Assembly (NCBI RefSeq): GCF_000009045.1
Contig: NC_000964.3
Span: forward strand, 992,001 to 1,056,000
Reading direction: 5' to 3'
DNA from: Bacillus subtilis subsp. subtilis str. 168
GTDB taxonomy: Bacteria; Bacillota; Bacilli; Bacillales; Bacillaceae
DNA: 64,000 bases
The notes below the pieces were generated by a model. That model did no database searches and was not told where the DNA came from. It saw only the letters and a program-made list of their open reading frames with translations. How positions within the stretch are numbered: the stretch's first letter is position 1; the number at the start of each line of letters is the position of its first letter. This document shows positions 34,255-43,553 of this stretch, piece after piece. The translations under genes and the position numbers were made by a program.

Positions 34255-35664
34255 TTAATAAGATGATATCAACGGTGCCCATGCCGTTTTCAGTTTTTGG
34301 ATGCCGAGCCTGATGTCCTCTTCTGACAAACCGCCATAACCGATTAAGACAGAAGTAAAAGGCGTCTGTTCTATATATGAGGGAGACACGGGATAGAGGG
34401 TTACACCGTGGTCAGCGGCTGCTTGTATTGCTTCTTCCTCACTTGCTGGAAACAAAAGGCGCAGCAGAATGTGAAGCCCCGAGTTCTTACCGAGAATCTC
34501 AACGGTGTTTCCCAGTTCAGAGCGAATGGCTTCTAACAGGACAGCGTGTTTTTTTCGGTATAAGCTTCTCATTCTATTTATGTGTTTTTGCCACTCTCCG
34601 GTTTCGATGAAGTCTGCCAGTGCCAATTGCGAGTGGGCAGAAACGGTCTGCTTCATTAACTGAACATTGTTTTGGATCGGTTCCATGAGTTCAGGGGGCA
34701 CAATCATGAAGCTGAGCCGCAAGGAAGGCAGAAGTGACTTTGAAAAAGTGCCCAGATATATGACTCTGCCATTCGGATCAAGACCCTGTAAAGACGGAAT
34801 GGGATGGCCGCTGTAGCGAAATTCTCCATCGTAATCATCTTCTATAATGAATGAATTTGTTTCTGCCGCCCATGCCAGCAGCTCCTGTCTGCGGGTAATC
34901 GTCATAATGGTCCCAATCGGAAACTGATGCGAAGGAGTCGTATACATGAGATAAGGATTCTGACGGTAGAGCTCATCCGGCAGGACGCCTTCTGCATCAG
35001 AACAAATCGGAGTGACATCCATGTGATTTGCTTCAAACATCCTTCTTGAACGGTGAAAGCCCGGTTCTTCAAAGCCGATTTTTGTACCTGGCTTTAGCGA
35101 AAGGCAAAGATTTTGCAGAAGCACGGTGGTTCCTGCGCCGATGATAATCTGGCCGGGTTCACAATTTACTCCCCGAGACAGCCTGACGAATCGGGCAATC
35201 ATGTGCCTGAGTTCGTATTCTCCTTGAGGGTCGCCAGAGGTGTGAAACGATCCGGAATAGCGATCAAGACTTTTTACTATGCTTTTTCTCCATGCGTTAA
35301 AGGGAAAGAGGGTCGGATCAACGCTGCCCTGATGGAAGTCAATAGCAGGTGCGTTTTTTTGATGTAATCCCGGCTGTACAGACTGCTGAAAATGGTCAGG
35401 AGCTGTCGGGAATCCTGGTTCTACTTCCGCCGCGAACCAGCCGATTTTCGGCTTGCTTTTGACATAGCCCTCAGCAGTTAATTGCTCATAAGCTCGTTCT
35501 ATAGTTGCCGTGCTGACATCGAGCAAGCTGGAGAGCCTGCGTTTTGACGGAAGTCTTGTTCCCTTTGTGATTCGCGCATGTGAAATTTCTTGTTTAAAAA
35601 AGGTATAAAGCTGTTCATACAGCGGTGTTTTGCTCTTTTTATCAAGAAACGGCGTAATATCCAT
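34255..35664 (-). CDS. yhdI: MocR/GabR-family regulator (GntR HTH + PLP aminotransferase-like domain)
   Basis: PLYEQL..LPSKR HTH; EDDYD and GTFSKSL PLP site. Confidence 0.93.
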   Translation of the reverse strand: MDITPFLDKKSKTPLYEQLYTFFKQEISHARITKGTRLPSKRRLSSLLDVSTATIERAYEQLTAEGYVKSKPKIGWFAAEVEPGFPTAPDHFQQSVQPGLHQKNAPAIDFHQGSVDPTLFPFNAWRKSIVKSLDRYSGSFHTSGDPQGEYELRHMIARFVRLSRGVNCEPGQIIIGAGTTVLLQNLCLSLKPGTKIGFEEPGFHRSRRMFEANHMDVTPICSDAEGVLPDELYRQNPYLMYTTPSHQFPIGTIMTITRRQELLAWAAETNSFIIEDDYDGEFRYSGHPIPSLQGLDPNGRVIYLGTFSKSLLPSLRLSFMIVPPELMEPIQNNVQLMKQTVSAHSQLALADFIETGEWQKHINRMRSLYRKKHAVLLEAIRSELGNTVEILGKNSGLHILLRLLFPASEEEAIQAAADHGVTLYPVSPSYIEQTPFTSVLIGYGGLSEEDIRLGIQKLKTAWAPLISSY

Positions 35665-35773
35665 CTCATGTCTCCTTTGTAGCTGGCATGGTCATTTTTT
35701 CTGATATTGGCTATTTGGCAAATGCCATTTATTAGCTATGATCATTGTAACGAAAGGAAAGGGGATTGAGAAG

Positions 35774-36202
35774 ATGATCCATATGAAACAATTAACCTCG
35801 AAAGAAGAATGGGCTGAGTCGTATCCGATTATGAGTGAATTGAGAACAGAACTGGATATAGAGACGTATTTACAAAGGCTTGAAGCCTGTGTGCAGAAAG
35901 AATCGTATATGCTGTTTGCCTTATATGAAAATACAGCAATCAGAGCGCTGTGCGGGGCTCTGCCGAGAGTTTCCATTCATAAAGGAGAGCACTTGTGGAT
36001 TGCGGATCTTGTTACAACGGCACCTTGCCGATCAAAGGGATACGGCAAAATGCTTTTGGATTATGCCTCAGACTGGGCGAGAAAAGCCGGACTCGGTTTT
36101 GTCAGTCTTTCATCTGGCCTTCAGCGTAAAGACGCACATCGATTTTATACAGATAAAATGGGTTTTACTATAGAAAGTTATTTGTTCCGAAAACCGGTAT
36201 AA
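35774..36202 (+). CDS. yhdJ: GNAT acetyltransferase
   Basis: DLVT..RSKGYGKMLL motif A; AHRFY. Confidence 0.9.
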   Translation: MIHMKQLTSKEEWAESYPIMSELRTELDIETYLQRLEACVQKESYMLFALYENTAIRALCGALPRVSIHKGEHLWIADLVTTAPCRSKGYGKMLLDYASDWARKAGLGFVSLSSGLQRKDAHRFYTDKMGFTIESYLFRKPV

Positions 36203-36204
36203 CG

Positions 36205-36234
36205 AAAAAAGACGCCTGAAAAGGCGTCTTTTTT
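36205..36234. terminator. Bidirectional terminator yhdJ/yhdK
   Basis: AAAAAAGACGCCTGAAAAGGCGTCTTTTTT. Confidence 0.88.
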
Positions 36235-36523
36235 AAAAGCCAAACTGTAAATTCGTATCTACAGATACAATGGTATACACACAAATAATCACAAAGAGAT
36301 TAAGGATGACGCCGAGCAGGCCTGGACCTGTGCGCCCTCTCTTGATGAAGAGTTCAACAACGCCGAACGGAACGGCAGCCATGGCGAACGGAAGCATTTG
36401 ATAGGAATAAAACGTGACGTTGCTGATAATGGCCAAATTCAGCAACAGCAGGGACAGAACCGCTGTCCCGACAGAGATCCAGCCGAATACATTGTGTTCT
36501 TTAAAAATTCTTACCAGTTCCAT
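36233..36523 (-). CDS. yhdK: Anti-sigmaM membrane subunit
   Basis: Three hydrophobic helices; third gene of the sigM operon. Confidence 0.9.
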   Translation of the reverse strand: MELVRIFKEHNVFGWISVGTAVLSLLLLNLAIISNVTFYSYQMLPFAMAAVPFGVVELFIKRGRTGPGLLGVILNLFVIICVYTIVSVDTNLQFGF

Positions 36524-37587
36524 AATTCCACCTCGCCGACATTCGCTGATTTTACAGATTTATTTTTCAGCATGCGCTGGATTTCCTTGGTTGGCCCTGT
36601 AACGACCGAACCGTATACATTGACACCGTTTTTCTCTACATAATCTAATCGGTTATCTACATTCAGGTCTTTCCGTTTTGAAATGACCTGAGCCCATTTT
36701 TCGTGTTTGGACATGAATTTCAGGGCGTTGATAAACTGATCGCCATTCGACTTGCCTTTTGTATTAAGGGCGGCCAAGAACTTTGAATCCTTTCCAGGAT
36801 AGCCAAGAGGTTCTGTGGAAGCTGTCTTATTTGTGTTTTTCTCTGTTTCGATTGCGTTCCACAAAAAGCTCACATCATAGCCTTTGAATTTGTTATACAC
36901 GTCTTTTGTCGGATATGCACGGTCATATGAAAGGTAGACCTCTGATACCGTTCCTTCAGGCAATGTGCTTAACGTTTTTTCTGCTTTTGCGGTCGTTTGT
37001 TCAGACTTGTTTGAAGGATGTGTAAAGTAATGGCCGGTTTTATTCACTTCTAAGTCATAGTAGTTTACTGCCGGCGCTTTTACTTTGTTATAAAACATTT
37101 CAACCCGTTCATTCCCTACGGCAGCCGTCTTCGTGCCAATCTGCTTTTGCAGCGGGAATTCCGTATTCATTCCAAATAGCTTCACTTGGCTTTTCAGTCC
37201 GGAAGTATCAACAAGAACATTCGGCATGGTCAGGGCTACAGTGACTGCGGCAGTTTCCATAAACTCATTGCCGGTGCTGTGTTTTCCACCCATTCCGTAA
37301 TAGAGGTAGCTTCCCAGCGTACAAAGCGGCAAAATCATCAATGTCGAAATGACGGCAAGCACAGAAATTCGCAAATAAGACTTGCGTTTGCCGTAGGCTA
37401 AAATCGCTTTTTGTTTTTCAGGACTGATGCTGAGATCCCAATCGTTATCGTCCTCTAGTTCGCTGTCAATCAGTTCCTGATATACTTCAAGCTTCTCGAG
37501 TTCTTCCTCAAATGCAGTCATTTCCTGGTCGCTCATTTCCCCATTTTTATATTGATCAAAACGCTTTTTAAATTCTTCATTCATCAT
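36511..37587 (-). CDS. yhdL: Anti-sigmaM factor
   Basis: Single TM helix plus large extracellular domain; overlaps sigM stop. Confidence 0.92.
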   Translation of the reverse strand: MMNEEFKKRFDQYKNGEMSDQEMTAFEEELEKLEVYQELIDSELEDDNDWDLSISPEKQKAILAYGKRKSYLRISVLAVISTLMILPLCTLGSYLYYGMGGKHSTGNEFMETAAVTVALTMPNVLVDTSGLKSQVKLFGMNTEFPLQKQIGTKTAAVGNERVEMFYNKVKAPAVNYYDLEVNKTGHYFTHPSNKSEQTTAKAEKTLSTLPEGTVSEVYLSYDRAYPTKDVYNKFKGYDVSFLWNAIETEKNTNKTASTEPLGYPGKDSKFLAALNTKGKSNGDQFINALKFMSKHEKWAQVISKRKDLNVDNRLDYVEKNGVNVYGSVVTGPTKEIQRMLKNKSVKSANVGEVELWNW

Positions 37588-38068
37588 TAACACCTCTATT
37601 ATAAAGTGCTTTCAGCCGCTGTCTGGCACGAAATAAAACACTTTTAAAATTCGCCTCTGAAATATTCATAATATGGGATGCTTCTTTGTAGTTTAACTCT
37701 TTTAAATAATATAGCGTTAAGGCCTCCCGATAATTATCGGGGAGCTCGGACATATAACCAGTCAGCACTTCCTTTATCTCTACCTGATGGGCAGGACTTT
37801 GAACAGCATTTTGAAAGAGGCTTCCGATTAAGTCATCAGAAATGGTTACTTCTTTCTTATGCTTTCTGACGTAATCAATGAAGGCGTTTCGCGCCACTTG
37901 AAAAAGCCAGGGCTTTACTTTGCTGTGATCATAGGAGTGAATGTGTATGTATGCCCGCATAAAGGTTTCCTGCAGTAAGTCTTCAGCAAGATGCTTGTCT
38001 TTTGTCATGGAGAGCAGGAACCTGTAAACATCATTCATGTACATTTGGTAAATTTCATCGATCGTCAC
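37577..38068 (-). CDS. sigM: ECF sigma factor M
   Basis: AEDLLQETF region 2, WLFQVARN, region 4 HTH. Confidence 0.96.
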   Translation of the reverse strand: MTIDEIYQMYMNDVYRFLLSMTKDKHLAEDLLQETFMRAYIHIHSYDHSKVKPWLFQVARNAFIDYVRKHKKEVTISDDLIGSLFQNAVQSPAHQVEIKEVLTGYMSELPDNYREALTLYYLKELNYKEASHIMNISEANFKSVLFRARQRLKALYNRGVNDE

Positions 38069-38091
38069 TGCCTTTTCTCCCCTCTATGTTA

Positions 38092-38120
38092 TACACGCAT
38101 AAGAAAGGTTTAAAGTTGCA
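38092..38120 (-). promoter_or_regulatory. Autoregulatory sigmaM promoter
   Basis: TGCAAC-17-CGTGTA on the minus strand. Confidence 0.85.
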
Positions 38121-38209
38121 CATTACATGCAAACGGCTTTTTTATACCTAATCAAACACCATTACTATATAGTACCCAAAAATGGCCGCAAAAGATAGTG
38201 CGGAGAAAG

Positions 38210-38235
38210 GTTTAACATTTTTTCCAGAGGGGAAA
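38210..38235 (+). promoter_or_regulatory. sigmaB promoter of yhdN
   Basis: GTTTAA-14-GGGAAA. Confidence 0.85.
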
Positions 38236-38264
38236 AGATAGTGAAAAAGTGAAGGAGTGGCACA

Positions 38265-39260
38265 ATGGAATATACCAGTATAGCAGATACAGGAATAGAA
38301 GCCTCCAGAATCGGCCTCGGCACATGGGCCATTGGCGGAACGATGTGGGGAGGCACTGACGAAAAAACATCGATTGAAACAATCCGCGCCGCTCTTGATC
38401 AGGGGATTACACTGATTGACACCGCACCGGCTTACGGCTTCGGGCAGTCCGAGGAAATTGTCGGAAAGGCAATCAAAGAGTACGGCAAAAGAGACCAGGT
38501 GATTCTCGCAACGAAAACGGCTCTGGACTGGAAGAACAACCAGCTGTTCCGCCATGCGAACAGAGCGAGAATTGTAGAGGAAGTTGAGAATTCTTTGAAG
38601 CGGCTTCAAACAGACTATATTGATCTTTATCAGGTGCATTGGCCCGATCCGCTTGTGCCAATTGAAGAAACGGCTGAAGTCATGAAGGAATTATATGATG
38701 CGGGAAAAATCCGGGCGATTGGCGTCAGCAATTTTTCAATTGAGCAAATGGATACATTTCGCGCCGTCGCACCTCTCCATACGATTCAGCCTCCATATAA
38801 TCTGTTTGAAAGAGAGATGGAAGAGAGTGTCCTTCCTTATGCGAAAGATAACAAGATAACAACATTATTATACGGCAGTTTATGCAGAGGGCTGTTAACA
38901 GGCAAAATGACTGAAGAATATACATTTGAGGGCGATGATCTGCGTAATCACGATCCAAAATTCCAGAAGCCCCGCTTTAAAGAGTATCTTTCTGCTGTGA
39001 ATCAATTGGATAAGCTGGCGAAGACACGTTATGGAAAATCAGTGATTCACTTGGCTGTCAGATGGATCTTAGATCAGCCGGGAGCGGATATCGCTCTTTG
39101 GGGAGCAAGAAAGCCTGGGCAGCTTGAGGCCCTATCTGAGATTACAGGCTGGACGCTGAACAGTGAAGATCAGAAAGATATCAATACTATATTGGAAAAT
39201 ACGATATCAGACCCTGTCGGACCGGAGTTTATGGCCCCGCCGACCAGAGAGGAAATATAA
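38265..39260 (+). CDS. yhdN: General-stress aldo-keto reductase
   Basis: GLGTW, DTAPAYG, LATK and YQVHWPD motifs. Confidence 0.94.
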   Translation: MEYTSIADTGIEASRIGLGTWAIGGTMWGGTDEKTSIETIRAALDQGITLIDTAPAYGFGQSEEIVGKAIKEYGKRDQVILATKTALDWKNNQLFRHANRARIVEEVENSLKRLQTDYIDLYQVHWPDPLVPIEETAEVMKELYDAGKIRAIGVSNFSIEQMDTFRAVAPLHTIQPPYNLFEREMEESVLPYAKDNKITTLLYGSLCRGLLTGKMTEEYTFEGDDLRNHDPKFQKPRFKEYLSAVNQLDKLAKTRYGKSVIHLAVRWILDQPGADIALWGARKPGQLEALSEITGWTLNSEDQKDINTILENTISDPVGPEFMAPPTREEI

Positions 39261-39261
39261 C

Positions 39262-39290
39262 AAAAGCTGAGGGCGAATCCTCAGCTTTTT
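39262..39290 (+). terminator. Terminator after yhdN
   Basis: AAAAGCTGAGGGCGAATCCTCAGCTTTTT. Confidence 0.88.
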
Positions 39291-39394
39291 GGCGTTTAAA
39301 CGAGAGAAATCTTAAAAATTAGTACCAGGTAATAAAAAATATTGTTATAATAGATGACAGAAAGAATCATTGATTACGACAAAGGAAGTGCGAT

Positions 39395-39994
39395 ATGTAT
39401 AAGTTTTGTGCAAATGCTTTAAAAGTTATTCTTTCTCTTCGCGGAGGAGTGAAGGTGTATAACAAAGAAAACCTTCCGGCCGATTCAGGTTTTGTCATCG
39501 CGTGTACACATTCCGGCTGGGTTGATGTGATTACACTCGGAGTCGGGATTCTTCCTTATCAAATACACTACATGGCGAAAAAAGAGCTTTTTCAAAATAA
39601 ATGGATCGGTTCGTTTCTGAAGAAAATTCATGCCTTTCCGGTAGATCGGGAAAATCCCGGGCCAAGCAGTATTAAAACGCCGATTAAGCTGCTGAAAGAA
39701 GGAGAGATCGTCGGTATCTTCCCAAGCGGAACAAGAACCTCTGAGGATGTGCCTTTGAAAAGAGGTGCGGTGACGATTGCGCAAATGGGGAAAGCGCCGC
39801 TTGTCCCCGCTGCATATCAGGGCCCTTCAAGCGGAAAAGAATTATTCAAAAAAGGAAAAATGAAGCTGATTATCGGTGAGCCTCTTCACCAGGCTGATTT
39901 TGCCCACCTGCCTTCAAAGGAAAGACTTGCAGCAATGACAGAGGCTTTGAATCAGCGGATTAAAGAACTAGAGAATAAACTTGATCAGCTATAA
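39395..39994 (+). CDS. plsC: 1-acyl-sn-glycerol-3-phosphate acyltransferase
   Basis: HSGWVD (Hx4D) and FPSGTR motifs. Confidence 0.95.
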   Translation: MYKFCANALKVILSLRGGVKVYNKENLPADSGFVIACTHSGWVDVITLGVGILPYQIHYMAKKELFQNKWIGSFLKKIHAFPVDRENPGPSSIKTPIKLLKEGEIVGIFPSGTRTSEDVPLKRGAVTIAQMGKAPLVPAAYQGPSSGKELFKKGKMKLIIGEPLHQADFAHLPSKERLAAMTEALNQRIKELENKLDQL

Positions 39995-40029
39995 GGCGTT
40001 CTGAGAGATTGTCCTGAAACTGTGAAAAT

Positions 40030-40061
40030 AAGAAAAGCACCCTATACAAGGTGCTTTTCTT
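40030..40061. terminator. Bidirectional terminator plsC/yhdP
   Basis: AAGAAAAGCACC..GGTGCTTTTCTT. Confidence 0.85.
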
Positions 40062-40062
40062 A

Positions 40063-41397
40063 TTATGCTTCCTGCTGGTTAGCTGTCTCCAGAAGTTCTT
40101 CTTCTTGAAGCTTTTTCACTTCAATATATGCGACGTGGTGGCCGTCAATTTCATTAATGATGAATTCGCAGCCCTCTTCGATGATGGAATCATCTTTTTC
40201 AACATCGTATTTTTGAGTAAGGAACCAGCCGCCGATTGTATCGACTTCTTCGTTCTCTAAATGGATGCCTAGCAGGTCGTTTACTTGGTCAATTAACACT
40301 TTTCCGTCAAGAATATAATGGCCTTCGCCGATTTTGCGGATTTCGCTAATTTCATCAATATCAAATTCGTCGCGGATTTCACCGACAATTTCCTCAATGA
40401 TGTCCTCAACCGTCACAAGCCCGGCAGTACCGCCGTATTCATCAGACAAAATGGCCATGTGGACCCTCTCTTTTTGCATTTTGACAAGCAGGTCTTGGAT
40501 CGGCGCAGATTCAATGACATGAATGATAGGGTTGACGAATTGAGAAATGGTGGAATCAACAGATACCTCACCGCTGATGCAGGCGGTCAGCACTTCTTTA
40601 ATGTTAATAACCCCGATAATGTTATCTTTATCGCCCTCTTCCACAGGGTAGCGGGTATATTTTTCAATCTGAATGATGTCCATCATTTCAGAAATCTTGA
40701 TATCATGCGGAAGGCTGACAATTTCGGTCCGCGGAATCATAATTTCTTTCGCGAGCCTGTCGTCAAATTCAAAGATTTTATTCACATATTTAAACTCTGA
40801 TTGGTTGATTTCACCGCTTTTATAGCTTTCAGACAAAATGATTCGCAGCTCTTCTTCTGAGTGAGCCAGTTCGTTTTCTGAAACGGTCTCCAGGCCAAAT
40901 GCTTTGGTCAATAACCGTGCGGAATTGTTCAAAAGCCAAATGAATGGGAACGCGATGCGGTAAAACCAAATCAGCGGTTTCGCAAACAGCATAGACACTG
41001 CTTCCGCCTTTTGGATAGCGACTGTTTTAGGTGCAAGTTCTCCGACAACAACGTGTAAGAACGTGATAATGGCATACGCAAAAATAAACGATATGACATG
41101 TGAAAGGGAACCTGGAACGTTCATTTGGACGAAAAGCGGGTGAAGCAGCCTTTCGATCGTTGATTCACCTAAAACCCCTAATCCGATGGAAGTCAATGTA
41201 ATTCCGAGCTGACACGCAGATAAATATTCATCAAGATGCGTGGTCACTTTTTTTACGGCTATTGCTGCTTTATTTCCTTCCGCGATCAGCTGATCGATCC
41301 GTGAGCCTCTGATTCTGATAATGGCAAACTCAGATGCCACGAAAAATGCCGTCAGGGCGATTAAAACAGCAACTAAAATCAAATTCACTATGTCCAA
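40063..41397 (-). CDS. yhdP: CNNM/CorC-family (DUF21-CBS-CorC) Mg2+ efflux protein (MpfA)
   Basis: [20 protein letters not shown] and DEYGGTAG motifs; TTG start. Confidence 0.94.
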   Translation of the reverse strand: MDIVNLILVAVLIALTAFFVASEFAIIRIRGSRIDQLIAEGNKAAIAVKKVTTHLDEYLSACQLGITLTSIGLGVLGESTIERLLHPLFVQMNVPGSLSHVISFIFAYAIITFLHVVVGELAPKTVAIQKAEAVSMLFAKPLIWFYRIAFPFIWLLNNSARLLTKAFGLETVSENELAHSEEELRIILSESYKSGEINQSEFKYVNKIFEFDDRLAKEIMIPRTEIVSLPHDIKISEMMDIIQIEKYTRYPVEEGDKDNIIGVINIKEVLTACISGEVSVDSTISQFVNPIIHVIESAPIQDLLVKMQKERVHMAILSDEYGGTAGLVTVEDIIEEIVGEIRDEFDIDEISEIRKIGEGHYILDGKVLIDQVNDLLGIHLENEEVDTIGGWFLTQKYDVEKDDSIIEEGCEFIINEIDGHHVAYIEVKKLQEEELLETANQQEA

Positions 41398-41457
41398 TTA
41401 GAACCTTCACTCTAGCAATGAGAATGAAGGTAACACCTCCTGTTAGATAAAATGGTT

Positions 41458-41889
41458 TTAACTTAACAGCAGCATAAATGATTGGAACACGGCGAGCTTT
41501 TCAGGCGGGAGTTTGCTTTTCAGCTTGTCACGATCCTCGGGCTTCAGCCGTTCAAACCGATGCAAGATTCCGGAGATGTTTTGATTCATATGATCAATTT
41601 CTAATGCCAGATTTCCAATTTCATCATCAAGTTTAGCTGAAGAGGGAAACTGGTTCTCCAGTCGATCTTTAATATCGGACAGGGCCAATCGCTGCTTCTT
41701 GCAATCTACAATAAATATAAGTCGTTTGAGTGCATTTTCGTCGTAGTAACGGTAATTTGAACAGGATCTGGCCGGCGTAAGCAGACCGAGATTCGTATAA
41801 TAATCAACTGTCCGTTTCGTTACTCCGGCGAGTGCCGCTAGTTCACTGATGCGATAAGTCTCAGCCCCATCTATATCCCTCCCAACCAT
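41458..41889 (-). CDS. yhdQ: MerR-family regulator (annotated cueR); translational start doubtful
   Basis: YRISELAALAGVTKRTVDYY..GLL MerR HTH; in-frame ATG 41889 has no SD (see findings). Confidence 0.8.
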   Translation of the reverse strand: MVGRDIDGAETYRISELAALAGVTKRTVDYYTNLGLLTPARSCSNYRYYDENALKRLIFIVDCKKQRLALSDIKDRLENQFPSSAKLDDEIGNLALEIDHMNQNISGILHRFERLKPEDRDKLKSKLPPEKLAVFQSFMLLLS

Positions 41890-42045
41890 CACGTTATAGT
41901 TATGAGAATAGTTTAATATATGAACGGTGTCTTGCACAAGTTTATTGTTTTTTTTAGACCGGAATTGGAAGTTGTGGAATTCATCATCTGATTGAAGTAA
42001 CATAGGAAGATAGAATTTTCAAATTTTTATATGCGGAAGGGACAG

Positions 42046-43227
42046 ATGAAATTGGCTGGGTTATCCCGGGAAGTTGAAGAAAACTTAAATAAAGGATCAT
42101 GGATTCGCAAGCTGTTTGATGAAGGTGCAAGGCTGAAGAAGGAGTTCGGGGAAGACCAGGTATTTGATTTTTCACTCGGCAACCCGATTGTTGAACCGCC
42201 TGAAGCTTTTAAGAGAGCGTTAATAGAGGAAGCTGAAAAAGGCAGCCACGGATACATACAAAACCAAGGGCTTCTTGCAGCGAGAGAAAAAGTCGCGCAA
42301 TTTCTGGGCTCGCGTTTTGAAGCTGATTTCTCAGCGGAGCGCATCGTCATGACGGTGGGCGCGGGAGGCGCTTTGAATGTTGCGTTAAAAAGCATCGTAA
42401 ACCCTGGGGAAGAGGTCATTATTCTTGCACCTTATTTTGCCGAATATAAGTTGTATATTGAGAACTACGGGGGAAAAGCCGTCAGCTGCCCGTTGACAAG
42501 CCGGTTTGAGATCGACATTGAAGCGGTAAGGCAATCGATCACTCCACAGACGAAAGGGCTGATTCTCAATACACCGCATAACCCCACAGGCACTGTTCTC
42601 AGCCAGAAAAATATAGACGATTTAGGCGCTTTATTAAAAGAAATAGAAGAGAAGAGCGGCCAGACGATTTATGTGCTGTTTGATGAACCGTACAGTCAAT
42701 TAATCTATGATGAAGAGCTGGCAAATCCGTTTCAATCGTACCATCGTGTGATATTGGCCAGCTCATTCAGTAAAGATCTCGGCATAGCCGGAGAGCGGCT
42801 CGGGTATATCGGATTGGACAGCCGAATGCCGGATGCGGACCTTTTGATCAACGCTTTTGTGTATTGTAATCGAACGCTTGGATTTGTGAATGCCCCTGTC
42901 ATGATGCAGCGGGCTGTGGCACGAATGGATGATTTAAGAGTAGACGCGAGCGCTTATAAAGAGCGCCGGGATTTAATGGTAGACATTTTAAAAGAAGCCG
43001 GTTTTGAATTTGAAATGCCAAAGGGAGGTTTCTTTGTTTTTCCGAAATCGCCGATTGAAGATGAAGTTGCATTTTGCGTGCATGCCGCCCAAAAATACAA
43101 ATTATTAATTGTGCCGAGCAGCGGTTTTGGAATGAGCGGGCATTTCCGATTATCCTTCAGTGTGCCGATCGAGCAGATTAAAAACTCACGGGACATTTTC
43201 ATTTCTTTATATAAAGATTTTGCTTAA
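42046..43227 (+). CDS. yhdR: Class I/II PLP aminotransferase (aspartate aminotransferase-like)
   Basis: [12 protein letters not shown] and [14 protein letters not shown] motifs. Confidence 0.93.
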
Positions 43228-43239
43228 GAAGGCAAAGAA

Positions 43240-43271
43240 AAGAAAACAGTTTTCAAGGCTGTTTTCTTTTT
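43240..43271 (+). terminator. Terminator after yhdR
   Basis: AAGAAAACAGT..GGCTGTTTTCTTTTT. Confidence 0.75.
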
Positions 43272-43377
43272 ATATCCGCAAAATCCTTCCTCTTCCAATC
43301 CAGACAGGCGCAGAATTGACAAGCAGGCATGCAGTTAAGGCTTTCTTCATGATAAAAGTCTAAAAATTAAAAATCAT
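43270..43377 (-). pseudogene. Possible degraded gene fragment (yhdS position)
   Basis: 36 codons with an internal stop (MIFNF*TFIMKK..); weak resemblance to the TlpA-like 'LNFWAT' segment, from memory only. Confidence 0.25.
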
Positions 43378-43553
43378 TTTTGGAATGAGTTGTGTTACAA
43401 TAAAATATACAATTTATAATCAAACTTTGACTTTTGGAGGTGGTATGATGGGGCCCTCTGCTTAGGCAACAATACACCGCGTACCTCAATGTTAAGGAAA
43501 AATGATTATATCAGGAGGTGACTCCTTATCCTTTGTTGAGAGGATAGGGTTAA

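Noticed and set aside
41890-42003. 181-aa extended yhdQ ORF
   Set aside because: The extension spans the AT-rich divergent promoter region, has no SD, and is not MerR-like.
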